Source: an uncultured Rivularia sp. (GTDB lineage: Bacteria; Cyanobacteriota; Cyanobacteriia; Cyanobacteriales; Nostocaceae). From it: a DNA stretch of 64,000 nucleotides. The position numbers and the translations under genes are program-made. The stretch covers positions 576,001 to 640,000 of the forward strand of contig OY762007.1 in NCBI GenBank assembly GCA_963665115.1. Direction: 5' to 3'. The notes beneath the pieces are model-generated. The model was not told the origin of the DNA. It was given only the letters and a program-made list of their open reading frames with translations, and ran no database searches. Below, piece by piece: positions 20,757 to 31,570 of the stretch; position 1 is the first letter of the stretch; each line of letters opens with the position of its first letter.

Positions 20757-21806
20757 ATGTCAACACCCTTTACTTTTTTACTACCAACGGAACTCTCCGC
20801 GAAAGAGCCACCAGAGCGGAGGGGAATAGCCCGCGATGGGGTACGGTTGATGGCAATTAATCGTAAATCTGGCGAGGTTCAACATTCTCGTTTTAATGGT
20901 ATAAGTGAATTTCTGCGCCCTGGCGATTTATTAATTTTCAATACGAGTCGTACCCTTCCAGCATCTCTCGAAGGTTGCGATAGCGCTCTTAATAAATGTC
21001 TGGAAATCCGCTTAGCGCAACACCTTCCCGATGATTCATGGCTGGCTTTACTGATGTGTCAGCAGGGGAATCCTTTTGCTTGCGGTTTGCAACAAGGTAT
21101 GAATTTAGATTTTGGAGAAAATTTAACTGCAAGGGTAGAAAATCAAGATATTCATATTCCTCGGTTGTGGAAAATTCGCTTTTCAAAATCCGGTACTCAA
21201 TTAATGGATTCGATTTACCGTTTGGGGAATCCGATTCGTTACGAATATGTATCTAAACCGTGGGATTTAGACTACTATCAAACCGTTTATGCAAAAGAAC
21301 CGGGTTCGGCGGAAATGCCGTCAGCGGGAAGGGCTTTCACCTGGAAGCTATTATTTGACTTGAAACGCTCTAGTATAGAGACAGCGCACATCGTTTTACA
21401 TACAAGCTTATCTTCCTACATGGATGACGAACTAGACGCTCTCCATCCAGCATCAGAAGAAGAGTACTTTATTAGCGAAACAGCAGCACAGAAAATTAAT
21501 CGAACTAGTAAAGAAGGAGGAAGAATAATAGCCGTTGGAACTACTGTAGTTAGGGCTTTAGAATCAGCCGTAGATACAAGCGGCGTAATTAAACCTCAAC
21601 ACAATTACACTCGGTTGCATATTTCAGCAGAACATAAATTGAGAGCAGTAGATGGCTTATTGACAGGAATGCACGAACCAGAAGCCAGTCATTTAGACTT
21701 ATTGACAGCATTTCTACCAGCAGAAGAAATTCGAGTTGCTTATGAAGATGCAGTACAGCGCGGTTATCTATGGCATGAATTCGGCGACTTAAATTTGATT
21801 TTGTAA
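20757..21806 (+). CDS. Divergent QueA-family protein (SAM:tRNA ribosyltransferase-isomerase-like)
   Basis: FLRPGDLLIFNTSRTLPA, YQTVYA and RIIAVGTTVVRALES motifs; non-canonical GSAEMPSAG, TGMHEP and WHEFGD. Confidence 0.8.
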   Translation: MSTPFTFLLPTELSAKEPPERRGIARDGVRLMAINRKSGEVQHSRFNGISEFLRPGDLLIFNTSRTLPASLEGCDSALNKCLEIRLAQHLPDDSWLALLMCQQGNPFACGLQQGMNLDFGENLTARVENQDIHIPRLWKIRFSKSGTQLMDSIYRLGNPIRYEYVSKPWDLDYYQTVYAKEPGSAEMPSAGRAFTWKLLFDLKRSSIETAHIVLHTSLSSYMDDELDALHPASEEEYFISETAAQKINRTSKEGGRIIAVGTTVVRALESAVDTSGVIKPQHNYTRLHISAEHKLRAVDGLLTGMHEPEASHLDLLTAFLPAEEIRVAYEDAVQRGYLWHEFGDLNLIL

Positions 21807-21915
21807 TTTACTGGTGTAGAGACGTAGCAGTGCTACGTCTCCCCGTGTATTAGGTTTTGATTTCACCTTTATAATCTGCGTTACTATTAATAGATATTTA
21901 ATACTTAGATAAATT

Positions 21916-23079
21916 CTAGTTAATAGGTTTAGCAATAATATTACCTTTCTCAATTTGCTTTTTAATTTCTTCACTAAAAAGGATTCGACTTGTATTACCA
22001 GAGATAATCTTGGCAAGACTCGATTTATCATCTACATCAATCAGTTCTACCCGAGCTAATGGTAATGTAAAAGTGCGAATGACTTCTTTTGTATCTGGAT
22101 CTACAAATTTTTTTGTTATTTCCTCAATTCTTAACTTCATACCCTTTTGATAGTTATGTAATTTACCGCGATTAAGAACAATAAAATTTCCAAAAGTACC
22201 AACAACAACACTATTTTTATTTACAGATTGCTTTAATAAAGAGACAAAATTATTAGAATTAGCATTTAGCTTTTTCACAATCCTATCGATAGCTATTTTT
22301 GTTGCTAAAGTCATTAAACTGCCTTCATTCTCTGTTGAAGAATGGCTAATTTTTTCTTGCCGATCGGTATTGATAGATAATCTAAATTCAGTACCGCTTA
22401 TAGAATAAATATCGTTAAGATAGTCATTGCGACTAGAAACTGTATTTGTAAAATTATCATTATTAATAAGTCCTATATTTATTCTAGGTACTTGTACATT
22501 ACTTTCAGAAAAATTACTGCTGCCAGTTTCAGTAAAATAATCGATTATTTCACCCGTAGCAGTATTAATAATTCTGATGCTTAATGCGACATCAGCGTTT
22601 GTGTTAGTAGTTGTTTTACCAAAACCAAGAAATCCACCTCCAGATGTCCTTTTTTTAATATCGAATTGAGTTAAAGAACCTATCAATATCGCTTCAACGC
22701 CAAATTGCTTACGAATTTGACACAACTTTAAATTTTTTTTATCGGTGAGTTCAATTTGCATTCTGTCAATTACTATAAAATTACTATCCGTCGCTAACTT
22801 ACTTGCTATAATGTCGGCAATTCTCTTGACTTCTTCTGTATTACTAGATAACGATCTACTATTTAAGCTAGTAGCGACAATTGTGAAATCAGCAACAACA
22901 ATTCTAAGTTTGGGAGATGCGAATTGAGGAGGAATAGAACAATCTTTTTTCTGGATATTCGGGGAAGCTGTTTTATCCTCAGCATTAACTGTTTTTGCGG
23001 TAGTTATTTGCAAAAAAGATGTAAATATTGAAAGAATAATTAACGAGGTTAGGCGACGAACAAAATAGTAATTCCTCAT
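21916..23079 (-). CDS. CsgG/HfaB-family exported protein
   Basis: Signal peptide; IVVADF...NFIVIDR...GVEAILIGSLTQF...RIINTATGEII; C-terminal DPDTKEVI motif. Confidence 0.75.
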   Translation of the reverse strand: MRNYYFVRRLTSLIILSIFTSFLQITTAKTVNAEDKTASPNIQKKDCSIPPQFASPKLRIVVADFTIVATSLNSRSLSSNTEEVKRIADIIASKLATDSNFIVIDRMQIELTDKKNLKLCQIRKQFGVEAILIGSLTQFDIKKRTSGGGFLGFGKTTTNTNADVALSIRIINTATGEIIDYFTETGSSNFSESNVQVPRINIGLINNDNFTNTVSSRNDYLNDIYSISGTEFRLSINTDRQEKISHSSTENEGSLMTLATKIAIDRIVKKLNANSNNFVSLLKQSVNKNSVVVGTFGNFIVLNRGKLHNYQKGMKLRIEEITKKFVDPDTKEVIRTFTLPLARVELIDVDDKSSLAKIISGNTSRILFSEEIKKQIEKGNIIAKPIN

Positions 23080-23519
23080 TTTTTCCTCAACAAGTACCTA
23101 CCTCCATCAGTTGTCCCAATTTCGCTGCAAAAGTGTTTCTCGAACCCAAATAGTAAATACTACAGATAAATTACGAAAAACTCCGGAGAACGAAAACTAG
23201 ATCGAGTATCAAATAATTTTATATCTAAAGATAGCGATCTTCTTGTGATTACGGCAATAAAGTATCTTATATTGCAAAAAAAACCGGATATTCAGGTTTT
23301 TAAGTTATAATTTCTTATCTAAAGTAAACTAATAAATTACGAATATTCTAGTAGAGTAAGGTAATAAGCGTTACATATAATATTTGACGATAATATATGA
23401 CAATACTTTTGTAGTATAAAAAACATTGAGAACACAAATTTATTAACAATCGAACCCATCGCAAATTCCCTATAAAATAGAAAACTGTATATTAATTTAT
23501 AATTTTTAGAATTATTAAC

Positions 23520-24121
23520 GTGCTAACTTCCGAATTGCCAACCATCAACATTCTCAAGCAACCAACCAATCCAGATTGGGTAGATTTAGCAATATCTAAC
23601 TTAGATGCAATATTACTCGATCACTCCCAATGCGAGCGTAAAGCAGCATCAGCAGCAATCAACTTTATGTTTCGCTACCCTTCAAATGCAAAAATGGTCA
23701 AGGAATTAACTAAAATTGCCAAAGAAGAATTAGAACACTTCGAGCAAGTTAATCAATGGTTAGAAAAGCGAAACATTGCTTTACGCCCAGTAACTCCACC
23801 TCCTTACGGTGCGAAACTAAAAGCTCAAATTCGTCCCAACGAACCCAATAGATTTTTGGATTCTTTACTTATTAGTGCTTTAATTGAAGCTCGCAGTCAC
23901 GAACGCTTGGGATTATTAGCCGCACACTGTCCCCCGAACCAGATTTAGCCAATTTCTATCAAGGCTTGATGGCATCAGAAGCACGACATTACGGCATTTA
24001 TTGGGTACTTGCAGACACTTATTTCGACCGCGAAATCGTCATGCAGAGATTAGATGAACTATCAATAGCCGAAAGTGAAATACTGGCAACCCTTTATTAT
24101 GAGCCAAGGATTCATAGTTAA
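23520..24121 (+). CDS. miaE: tRNA-(ms2io6A) hydroxylase, frameshifted at ~23930
   Basis: LLDHSQCERKAA, EELEHF and LIEARSHERL; the shifted frame continues PDLANFYQGLMASEARHYG...EPRIHS*. Confidence 0.88.
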
Positions 24122-24225
24122 GAATTGGGGATTGGGCATTGGGGATTGGGCATGGGTAATTGGTAATTGATAATTGGTAATTGGTGATTATTAACTCCTA
24201 ACAACTAACAACTAACAACTAACCA

Positions 24226-24711
24226 ATGGTAAGTCTTTATTTTCGAGATTTTTTGATTCGTCAATGGAAACCGAGCGATCGCCATTGTGCATCTGAAATT
24301 ATTCGCTCTGTATTATCGGAGTACGGTTTGGGTTGGGAACCGGATGGTGCCGATCGAGATGTGTTGCAAGTTGAAGATTATTACTTAGATAAAGGTGGAG
24401 ACTTTTGGGTAATTGAATACCACGGTGAGGTAGTAGGTTCGGGCGCTTACTATCCCATCGAACGCGGCAAAGACGCTGTAGAGATACGCAAAATGTATTT
24501 ATTGCCCAAAGCTAGAGGTGTTGGATTGGGGAAATTTTTGTTACAACAGTTGGAAGCAGAAATTAACTGCCGTGGTTTCAAACAAATTTGGATCGAAACT
24601 GCCAGCGTTTTGCACGAAGCCGTCAAACTATATGAAAGTAATGATTATATACCTGCAACAGGTGTAGAAACAGAACGCTGCGACCGAGTTTACGTCAAAA
24701 AATTGATGTAG
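24226..24711 (+). CDS. GNAT family N-acetyltransferase
   Basis: EIRKMYLLPKARGVGLG acetyl-CoA binding motif; AVKLYE. Confidence 0.9.
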   Translation: MVSLYFRDFLIRQWKPSDRHCASEIIRSVLSEYGLGWEPDGADRDVLQVEDYYLDKGGDFWVIEYHGEVVGSGAYYPIERGKDAVEIRKMYLLPKARGVGLGKFLLQQLEAEINCRGFKQIWIETASVLHEAVKLYESNDYIPATGVETERCDRVYVKKLM

Positions 24712-24774
24712 AGACGTAAAATTTTACGTCTTTCCAATGCCCAATGCCCCATCCCCTATGCCCACCATATTAAA

Positions 24775-25456
24775 ATGCAAATTTGGAAAACCCTTCTTAA
24801 TCTTTTTTTACAATCAAATTGTCCTTTATGTCAGCGCTCTGCTTCGCAAGAATTTTGTGAATATTGTCATAAACAGTTGCAAAAGTGTCGTTTAACCGAC
24901 TCCAGTCGCAGTACAAATAATTTACTATCTCCACCAGTGATTGCTTGGGGTGCTTATGGGGGAGCTATCAAACGGGCGATCGCCACAATGAAATACGAAA
25001 ATCATCCAGAAATTGCTCGTCCCCTTGGTGAATGGTTGGGAGAAACATGGCTGCAAAATTATGGATATGAAAATTCTTTTATGGTAGTTTCCGATTCCGA
25101 TGCACCCGGAGAAAGAAAAAAAACGAGGTTTCAACCAAGCAGCACTGATTGCAAAAAGCTTCTGTCAAACAACTGGGCTAAAGTTAAAGGTAAACGGATT
25201 ACAAAGAGTAAAGAAAACTGAAGCACTGTTTGGATTGTCAGCAACCCAGCGCCAAGAAACTTTAGTTGAAGCTTTTGATATAGGAAAAGATTTTCGTAAA
25301 CCTCCAAATGTCCCAGTAATTTTAGTTGACGATATCTATACAACGGGTACTACAGTCAATTCTGCTATAGAAATTTTAAGTAAATCTGGAATTATCGTTT
25401 CCGGAGTTGCAGCAGTTGCCGTTCCCTCCAAGGCAAACTACACAAAGAATTCATAG
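24775..25456 (+). CDS. comF: ComF family phosphoribosyltransferase-like protein, frameshifted at ~25088
   Basis: CPLC..CxxC zinc finger, RGFNQA, ILVDDIYTTGTT; removing one T restores VVPIPMH. Confidence 0.88.
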
Positions 25457-25527
25457 CCAAGCTAGGCTAATAAAAATTATAATTAACCAACATTAAGATT
25501 ATTTTTACAGGAAAATTACATACAACC

Positions 25528-25986
25528 ATGAGTAAGTCTAAAGCGCTGGGTTTAGGACAATTTGGGTTTATTCCTGCTACGTTATTGGTATTTGGTATAA
25601 GTACGACAACAGCTTTCGCTCAAGCAAATAAATTTTATAATCCCATACCTTTACCCGCCACTTACGAAATCTCCGATGCGCTATCCGATAAAGATATTCC
25701 TACAGGGCAAGGTGGCTTTGCTCGCGACTATATAGTTAAGTTAGCCAAAGGCGATAATTTAGCTATCGATCTTTCCTCAGATAGCTTTGATAGTATTATT
25801 ACGCTGCTCGCTCCCGACGGTTCAACAATAGCAGAAAATGATGATGGCCCCGACGGCAGCAGCAATTCCCTACTCTTCACCCGCGTTACTAAAGCCGGAA
25901 CTTACATTGTTCGCGTTCGCTCTTTCGGAGAAACTGGAATCGGCAGTTTTAAATTGAAAGTAACTCGATTGAAGCCAGTTAAGTAG
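25528..25986 (+). CDS. Secreted PPC (pre-peptidase C-terminal) domain protein
   Basis: Signal peptide; FDSIITLLAPDG..IAENDDG..GTYIVRV. Confidence 0.8.
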   Translation: MSKSKALGLGQFGFIPATLLVFGISTTTAFAQANKFYNPIPLPATYEISDALSDKDIPTGQGGFARDYIVKLAKGDNLAIDLSSDSFDSIITLLAPDGSTIAENDDGPDGSSNSLLFTRVTKAGTYIVRVRSFGETGIGSFKLKVTRLKPVK

Positions 25987-26054
25987 AGATGGGGAATTGG
26001 GCATTGGGCATTGGGCATGAGGAGACAAGGAAATAATTCTTAACTACTTACTGC

Positions 26055-26837
26055 TCACTGCATCGTCATGGCGCAAAGAAAAAGTGCTTCAGTCCATTCT
26101 ACGACTGCACCGTAAGTATCCCCTGTATGACCACCTAATTTATGCTTGAACCAAGCACCTGTGAGAAAAGCAATTGCAATTCCCGCAAACGTCATGCCGA
26201 TTGCTGCTAATAAATTATTTTGGCTAAATTGGCTAAATATCGGCTTTACAAAACTTAAAATTAATAGCAGTAAAAGAGAAGGTAAAACGTCCTTGTAAGA
26301 ACGAATGGCTTGCTTGTGAAATGCACCTTTTCCAGTTGGTTTTAGGTAATCATATCTTTGTATTGCCAATATCTGTCCCCAACGTCCCCATGCACAAGCA
26401 GCCATTAGTATCAACCAACGATTTTCTTGTATTTCTGTTAAGGCTACTGTTTTGAGCAAGACTAAAACAATTGCAGCCATTGCTCCAAAGGCTCCTGTGG
26501 CACTATCAGTCATTACTTCCAAGCGCCGCTCTTTATCCGTTACTGCTAACCCATCGGCAGTATCCATTGCTCCATCCAAATGCAGTCCTCCCGTAATCAC
26601 AATCCAGCTTGCTACTACTAATGCACTACGAGTTAGTACTGGTATTCCGATAAAATTAGCTACAATATCGAATAATCCTAAGATTCCTCCAATCGTTATT
26701 CCAATCGCTGGAGCAAAACGTGCTACCTCGCCAAACTCCAACTGTTCGATATAAGGCATCGGGATAGACGTGTAAAATATAATACTTGCAACCAAATTTG
26801 AAATTTGAGTTTTCCACCACGGGTACTGAGCATTCAT
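26055..26837 (-). CDS. cobS: Adenosylcobinamide-GDP ribazoletransferase
   Basis: [25 protein letters not shown] and [11 protein letters not shown]. Confidence 0.95.
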   Translation of the reverse strand: MNAQYPWWKTQISNLVASIIFYTSIPMPYIEQLEFGEVARFAPAIGITIGGILGLFDIVANFIGIPVLTRSALVVASWIVITGGLHLDGAMDTADGLAVTDKERRLEVMTDSATGAFGAMAAIVLVLLKTVALTEIQENRWLILMAACAWGRWGQILAIQRYDYLKPTGKGAFHKQAIRSYKDVLPSLLLLLILSFVKPIFSQFSQNNLLAAIGMTFAGIAIAFLTGAWFKHKLGGHTGDTYGAVVEWTEALFLCAMTMQ

Positions 26838-27225
26838 ACTTGTAAAAATAACTACTTAAGTAGAGCAAAAACAATGGCACTTACGATTACCGCACAAATA
26901 ACAGTATCAAATTTTAAAACTTGAAATAAGATTTACTTGTATGAGAAACTGAGCCAAAAAATTTGTTATGCTTATCTAAGTAGGAAAAAATTAGCAAGTA
27001 ATATTTATCACATTTTCATGAAGCATAAAAAGTTGCATTTCAATCGGTGGTAGTGTTTTTTGTACTTTGAAAAAAAAAGCTAATAATTAATGTCAGTGAG
27101 TTTAAGCAATTGCCTCCAAAATCTGATATTTGTATATTACAGGGCAGAGCATAGATTACCGCTGATTCATTGGTTATGCAGGCTATAACGTTGTACTTCA
27201 CCTTTGCTCAAAAAGCTATTTGATT

Positions 27226-27679
27226 ATGAATCACCATCTACCCGAAACCAAAATACCAGCTCCATGTATCGTCAATACAGGTGTCATCGTAAATAAACTT
27301 GATATGCGACGATTGCTGGGGGATTTAGGTCGTGTCCCGCTATGCTTACACCCAAGATGGTGAAATTTGCGGCGAGGGTGAAGGGGATGTAATGGAAGTT
27401 TTCGCAAATCCCCGACGCTCTACATTAGTCGCCAACAACGCTCTTTATTTAAATGTTTACAGTTTTGATTGTTTAGAACTTACTCTGTCATCCGAAAAGG
27501 AAGCCTGTTTTGATTTAGTTCAGGAAGGGATGCGTTTGCGGTTGATTCCCCTTTCTACTCCAATGCAGGAACGGCAAGAACGTTGTTGGAATACTAGCGC
27601 CATTGAAGCAATGATGGAGCAGGTTTTATCGGCTAAATGGGACGCTGAAATTGATGATGATAGTTCGGATATGTTCTAA
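27226..27679 (+). CDS. Conserved cyanobacterial hypothetical protein, frameshifted at ~27335
   Basis: MNHHLPETKIPAPCIVNTGVIVNKLDMRRLLGDLGRV joins RYAYTQDG... after removing one C. Confidence 0.7.
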
Positions 27680-27714
27680 ATTTGGTTTAATAAGTTAAAT
27701 CATTAACCTTCTGA

Positions 27715-28836
<1,122 letters not shown>

Positions 28837-29223
28837 TAGTAGCAAGTAATTTACACAGACTTTAATTTTCGCTCAGTCTTAGGGAAGCATAAATTTATTA
28901 CAGGGAAGATTAACTACTTTTTTTGGTAACGGTACAGTTAAAATCGTTAACCGCTATATTTTATTGAAATTTTCAGCAATATTTACTTCTTTGTCAATGA
29001 AGTATTACTGCTTGTAATACATCGTAACCTGGAAAAGGAACAGAATTTATCGTATAAATTCCCATTACAGCTTAAAAACTGGGTTTAAAACCGCTTTTTC
29101 ATCTAAAATCACACTATAAATTTATTTATTCCTTAGTTAGTATTCCCTACTTCCTACTACCCAATCGTGTTAAGATATTGCTCAAATATGAAAACTATGT
29201 TGGATACTTGGATTTAAACAAAC

Positions 29224-29361
29224 ATGGAAGTAACACTATTATTAGCGAAATTGCCGGAAGCTTATCAAGTTTTTGATCCTCTCGTAGATGTTCTCCCAAT
29301 CATTCCTGTTTTCTTCTTGTTACTAGCTTTTGTTTGGCAAGCCGCTGTAGGCTTCAAGTAA
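29224..29361 (+). CDS. psbK: Photosystem II protein K
   Basis: Manual translation [45 protein letters not shown] (below the ORF-track cutoff). Confidence 0.97.
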   Translation: MEVTLLLAKLPEAYQVFDPLVDVLPIIPVFFLLLAFVWQAAVGFK

Positions 29362-29517
29362 GTTAACCAAAAATATTTTTTGAGACAGGCTTTGCAAGCT
29401 TGTCTTATTTTTTGCCAAATATTATTTACTAAATTTGATATTTCTTAACCATTTGTAATAAATTGGAAAATAGATATAGTATTTACTGTCAGGGTATTAT
29501 TTAACAAGGTATTAACT

Positions 29518-29814
29518 ATGGGTAACATCAATTTTGTCAAAGAAAACAAAGAAGTAATCGCAGCTGACGGTGCGAATTTACGATTGAAAGCCATGCAAAA
29601 CAATATTGATATCTATAAAGTATGGGGGAAAATGATGAACTGCGGAGGTGCGGGGCAGTGTGGAACCTGTATTGTAGAGATAACAGAAGGAATGGAAAAT
29701 CTCTCACCTCGTACCGATGCAGAAACCAAAATGTTGAAGAAAAAGCCGGATAATCATCGTCTTGCTTGTCAAACTTTAGTTAATGGTTCTGTAAGTGTAG
29801 CAACCAAGCCTTGA
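29518..29814 (+). CDS. 2Fe-2S ferredoxin-like protein
   Basis: [11 protein letters not shown]...RLACQ. Confidence 0.9.
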   Translation: MGNINFVKENKEVIAADGANLRLKAMQNNIDIYKVWGKMMNCGGAGQCGTCIVEITEGMENLSPRTDAETKMLKKKPDNHRLACQTLVNGSVSVATKP

Positions 29815-29921
29815 GAATTATATCTTGCAAGCTGTCTTTTTTATGATATCGTTCGGCTTAAGCATTAGTAATGCTATGCTAAAACTAGTGGCTGCAAATA
29901 AAAAGAGAGGCTTTTTTAACA

Positions 29922-30041
29922 ATGCAAACTAATGATTTGGGATTCATTGCGAGCATTTTGTTCGTACTAGTTCCCGCAATTTTTTTAGTACTACTTTACA
30001 CTTTAACAGTTAGCCGTGAAGGCGGAAGAAACGATTCTTAA
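29922..30041 (+). CDS. psbM: Photosystem II protein M
   Basis: Manual translation MQTNDLGFIASILFVLVPAIFLVLLYTLTVSREGGRNDS. Confidence 0.93.
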   Translation: MQTNDLGFIASILFVLVPAIFLVLLYTLTVSREGGRNDS

Positions 30042-30064
30042 TTAAGACTTGATTGTTTAAAAGG

Positions 30065-30100
30065 AAAAACCCCGACACTATGTATCAGTGTAGGGGTTTT
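30065..30100. terminator. Bidirectional intrinsic terminator between psbM and the USP gene
   Basis: AAAAACCCCGACACT-loop-AGTGTAGGGGTTTT. Confidence 0.7.
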
Positions 30101-30151
30101 ATCTATCAACCGCGAAATCTATATTTAAATGAATCGAATCGAAAATAGCGT

Positions 30152-31006
30152 TTAAGCTGCGGCAGTACGCGCTAGTAAAACCGGACAGGTAGCATTAATT
30201 CTGACATAATCAGAAAGTGAAGCACCTATAAGTTTATCCAAATCTACAAAATTCTTAGCGATTGAAGGGCGACGGTCTGGAGAGCCGACTAATAATAAGT
30301 CTATATTCATCTCGGAAGCCAAGCTACAAATTTTTTCACCCGGTTTACCAATGCTGAGTATACTGCGAGATTTAACACCTTGCATTTGAGCTTTTTTAGC
30401 TGCTGCTTCTAAAATGGGGTGTTTTTCAGAATTAATCTGTGCAGTTTCGGCTGATGGACTCTTTAGATCGGTCATAACGTGAGTTAAAACTAACTCGCTG
30501 CCTTTGATATCTTTTAGTAAGAATAAAGCCAAGTCTAGACAGTACTGTGACGCTTCCGATTTGTCAACCGCCACCATAACTCGGTTAATTGCTTTGACAT
30601 AAATGTCATCTTTAACCAGTAACATCGGACGAGAAGAAAGCTGGAAAACATACTGACTGACTGAATTAGCCAAAATTGATTCCAAGCGCTTGAGTCCTCT
30701 TGAACCCATAATAATCAAATCGGCATCAATTTCATTTGCCACTTGACAAACCACATCTTTCGGTTCGCCTTGACGCAGCACTGAATTAACTTGATTGGGA
30801 TTGAGCTGCAGCTTTTGAATAGCGCTTGCTAAAATTTTACCGCCTTCTTGCCACTTAGCTGTCATTGTTTCGGCGGTAGTTTGTGGAGGAACAACGTGCA
30901 AAACGGTAATTTTTGCTCGTTGAATTGATGGTATTTCCTCCATCAGTTTGAGCATTTCTTCCGCATGTCCCAATCCTGAGACAGCTAGCAAAATATTTTG
31001 CATCAT
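30152..31006 (-). CDS. Tandem universal stress protein
   Basis: Two USP domains (ADLIIMGSRG...SVSQYV...PMLLV; DLLLVGS...CPVLL). Confidence 0.92.
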   Translation of the reverse strand: MMQNILLAVSGLGHAEEMLKLMEEIPSIQRAKITVLHVVPPQTTAETMTAKWQEGGKILASAIQKLQLNPNQVNSVLRQGEPKDVVCQVANEIDADLIIMGSRGLKRLESILANSVSQYVFQLSSRPMLLVKDDIYVKAINRVMVAVDKSEASQYCLDLALFLLKDIKGSELVLTHVMTDLKSPSAETAQINSEKHPILEAAAKKAQMQGVKSRSILSIGKPGEKICSLASEMNIDLLLVGSPDRRPSIAKNFVDLDKLIGASLSDYVRINATCPVLLARTAAA

Positions 31007-31570
31007 AGGGACATCTTTCTTATTGCCTAACTTAGGTTTTCACGTGAAGCTCGGTTGGAGAAGATTCCCCTACCATACTCCACCGTCTTACTCGAATTGT
31101 CTCTGTTTTTTGCCATTGCAATCGGGCAAATGACAAAGGACAAAGGACGGTCGTGTAGATATGAACCGGCATTACTTGAAGTTATAATTTACGGTTCCAT
31201 ATTATTTAGCTTACTTCTAATTCTGCCTTATTAAGTTAACAATTAATTATAAAATTGATTAGTTGTAATCTATGTTTAATAAAGTTAATTATAACTAAGT
31301 AAAGTATTGTAAAGAATATACAGATAAAAATAACAGTATAAATTTTTGTAAATAAAGTTAGTAAATTCGATTTTAGATTTTATTTTTGCCTAACCCTTAC
31401 TACCTATCTTGGATAAATTTTCATCAAGCCCTACGTAAATTCGATTAACTTCAACAAAGATTTACTTTAATTCAGAGAAAATTCGGTAGCTGATTTGCTT
31501 TGCGACTAGTTATATTGATTGGCATTCCCTCGGGGAATTTAACTCAATATAAGTATCAGAAAAAGCGCGT

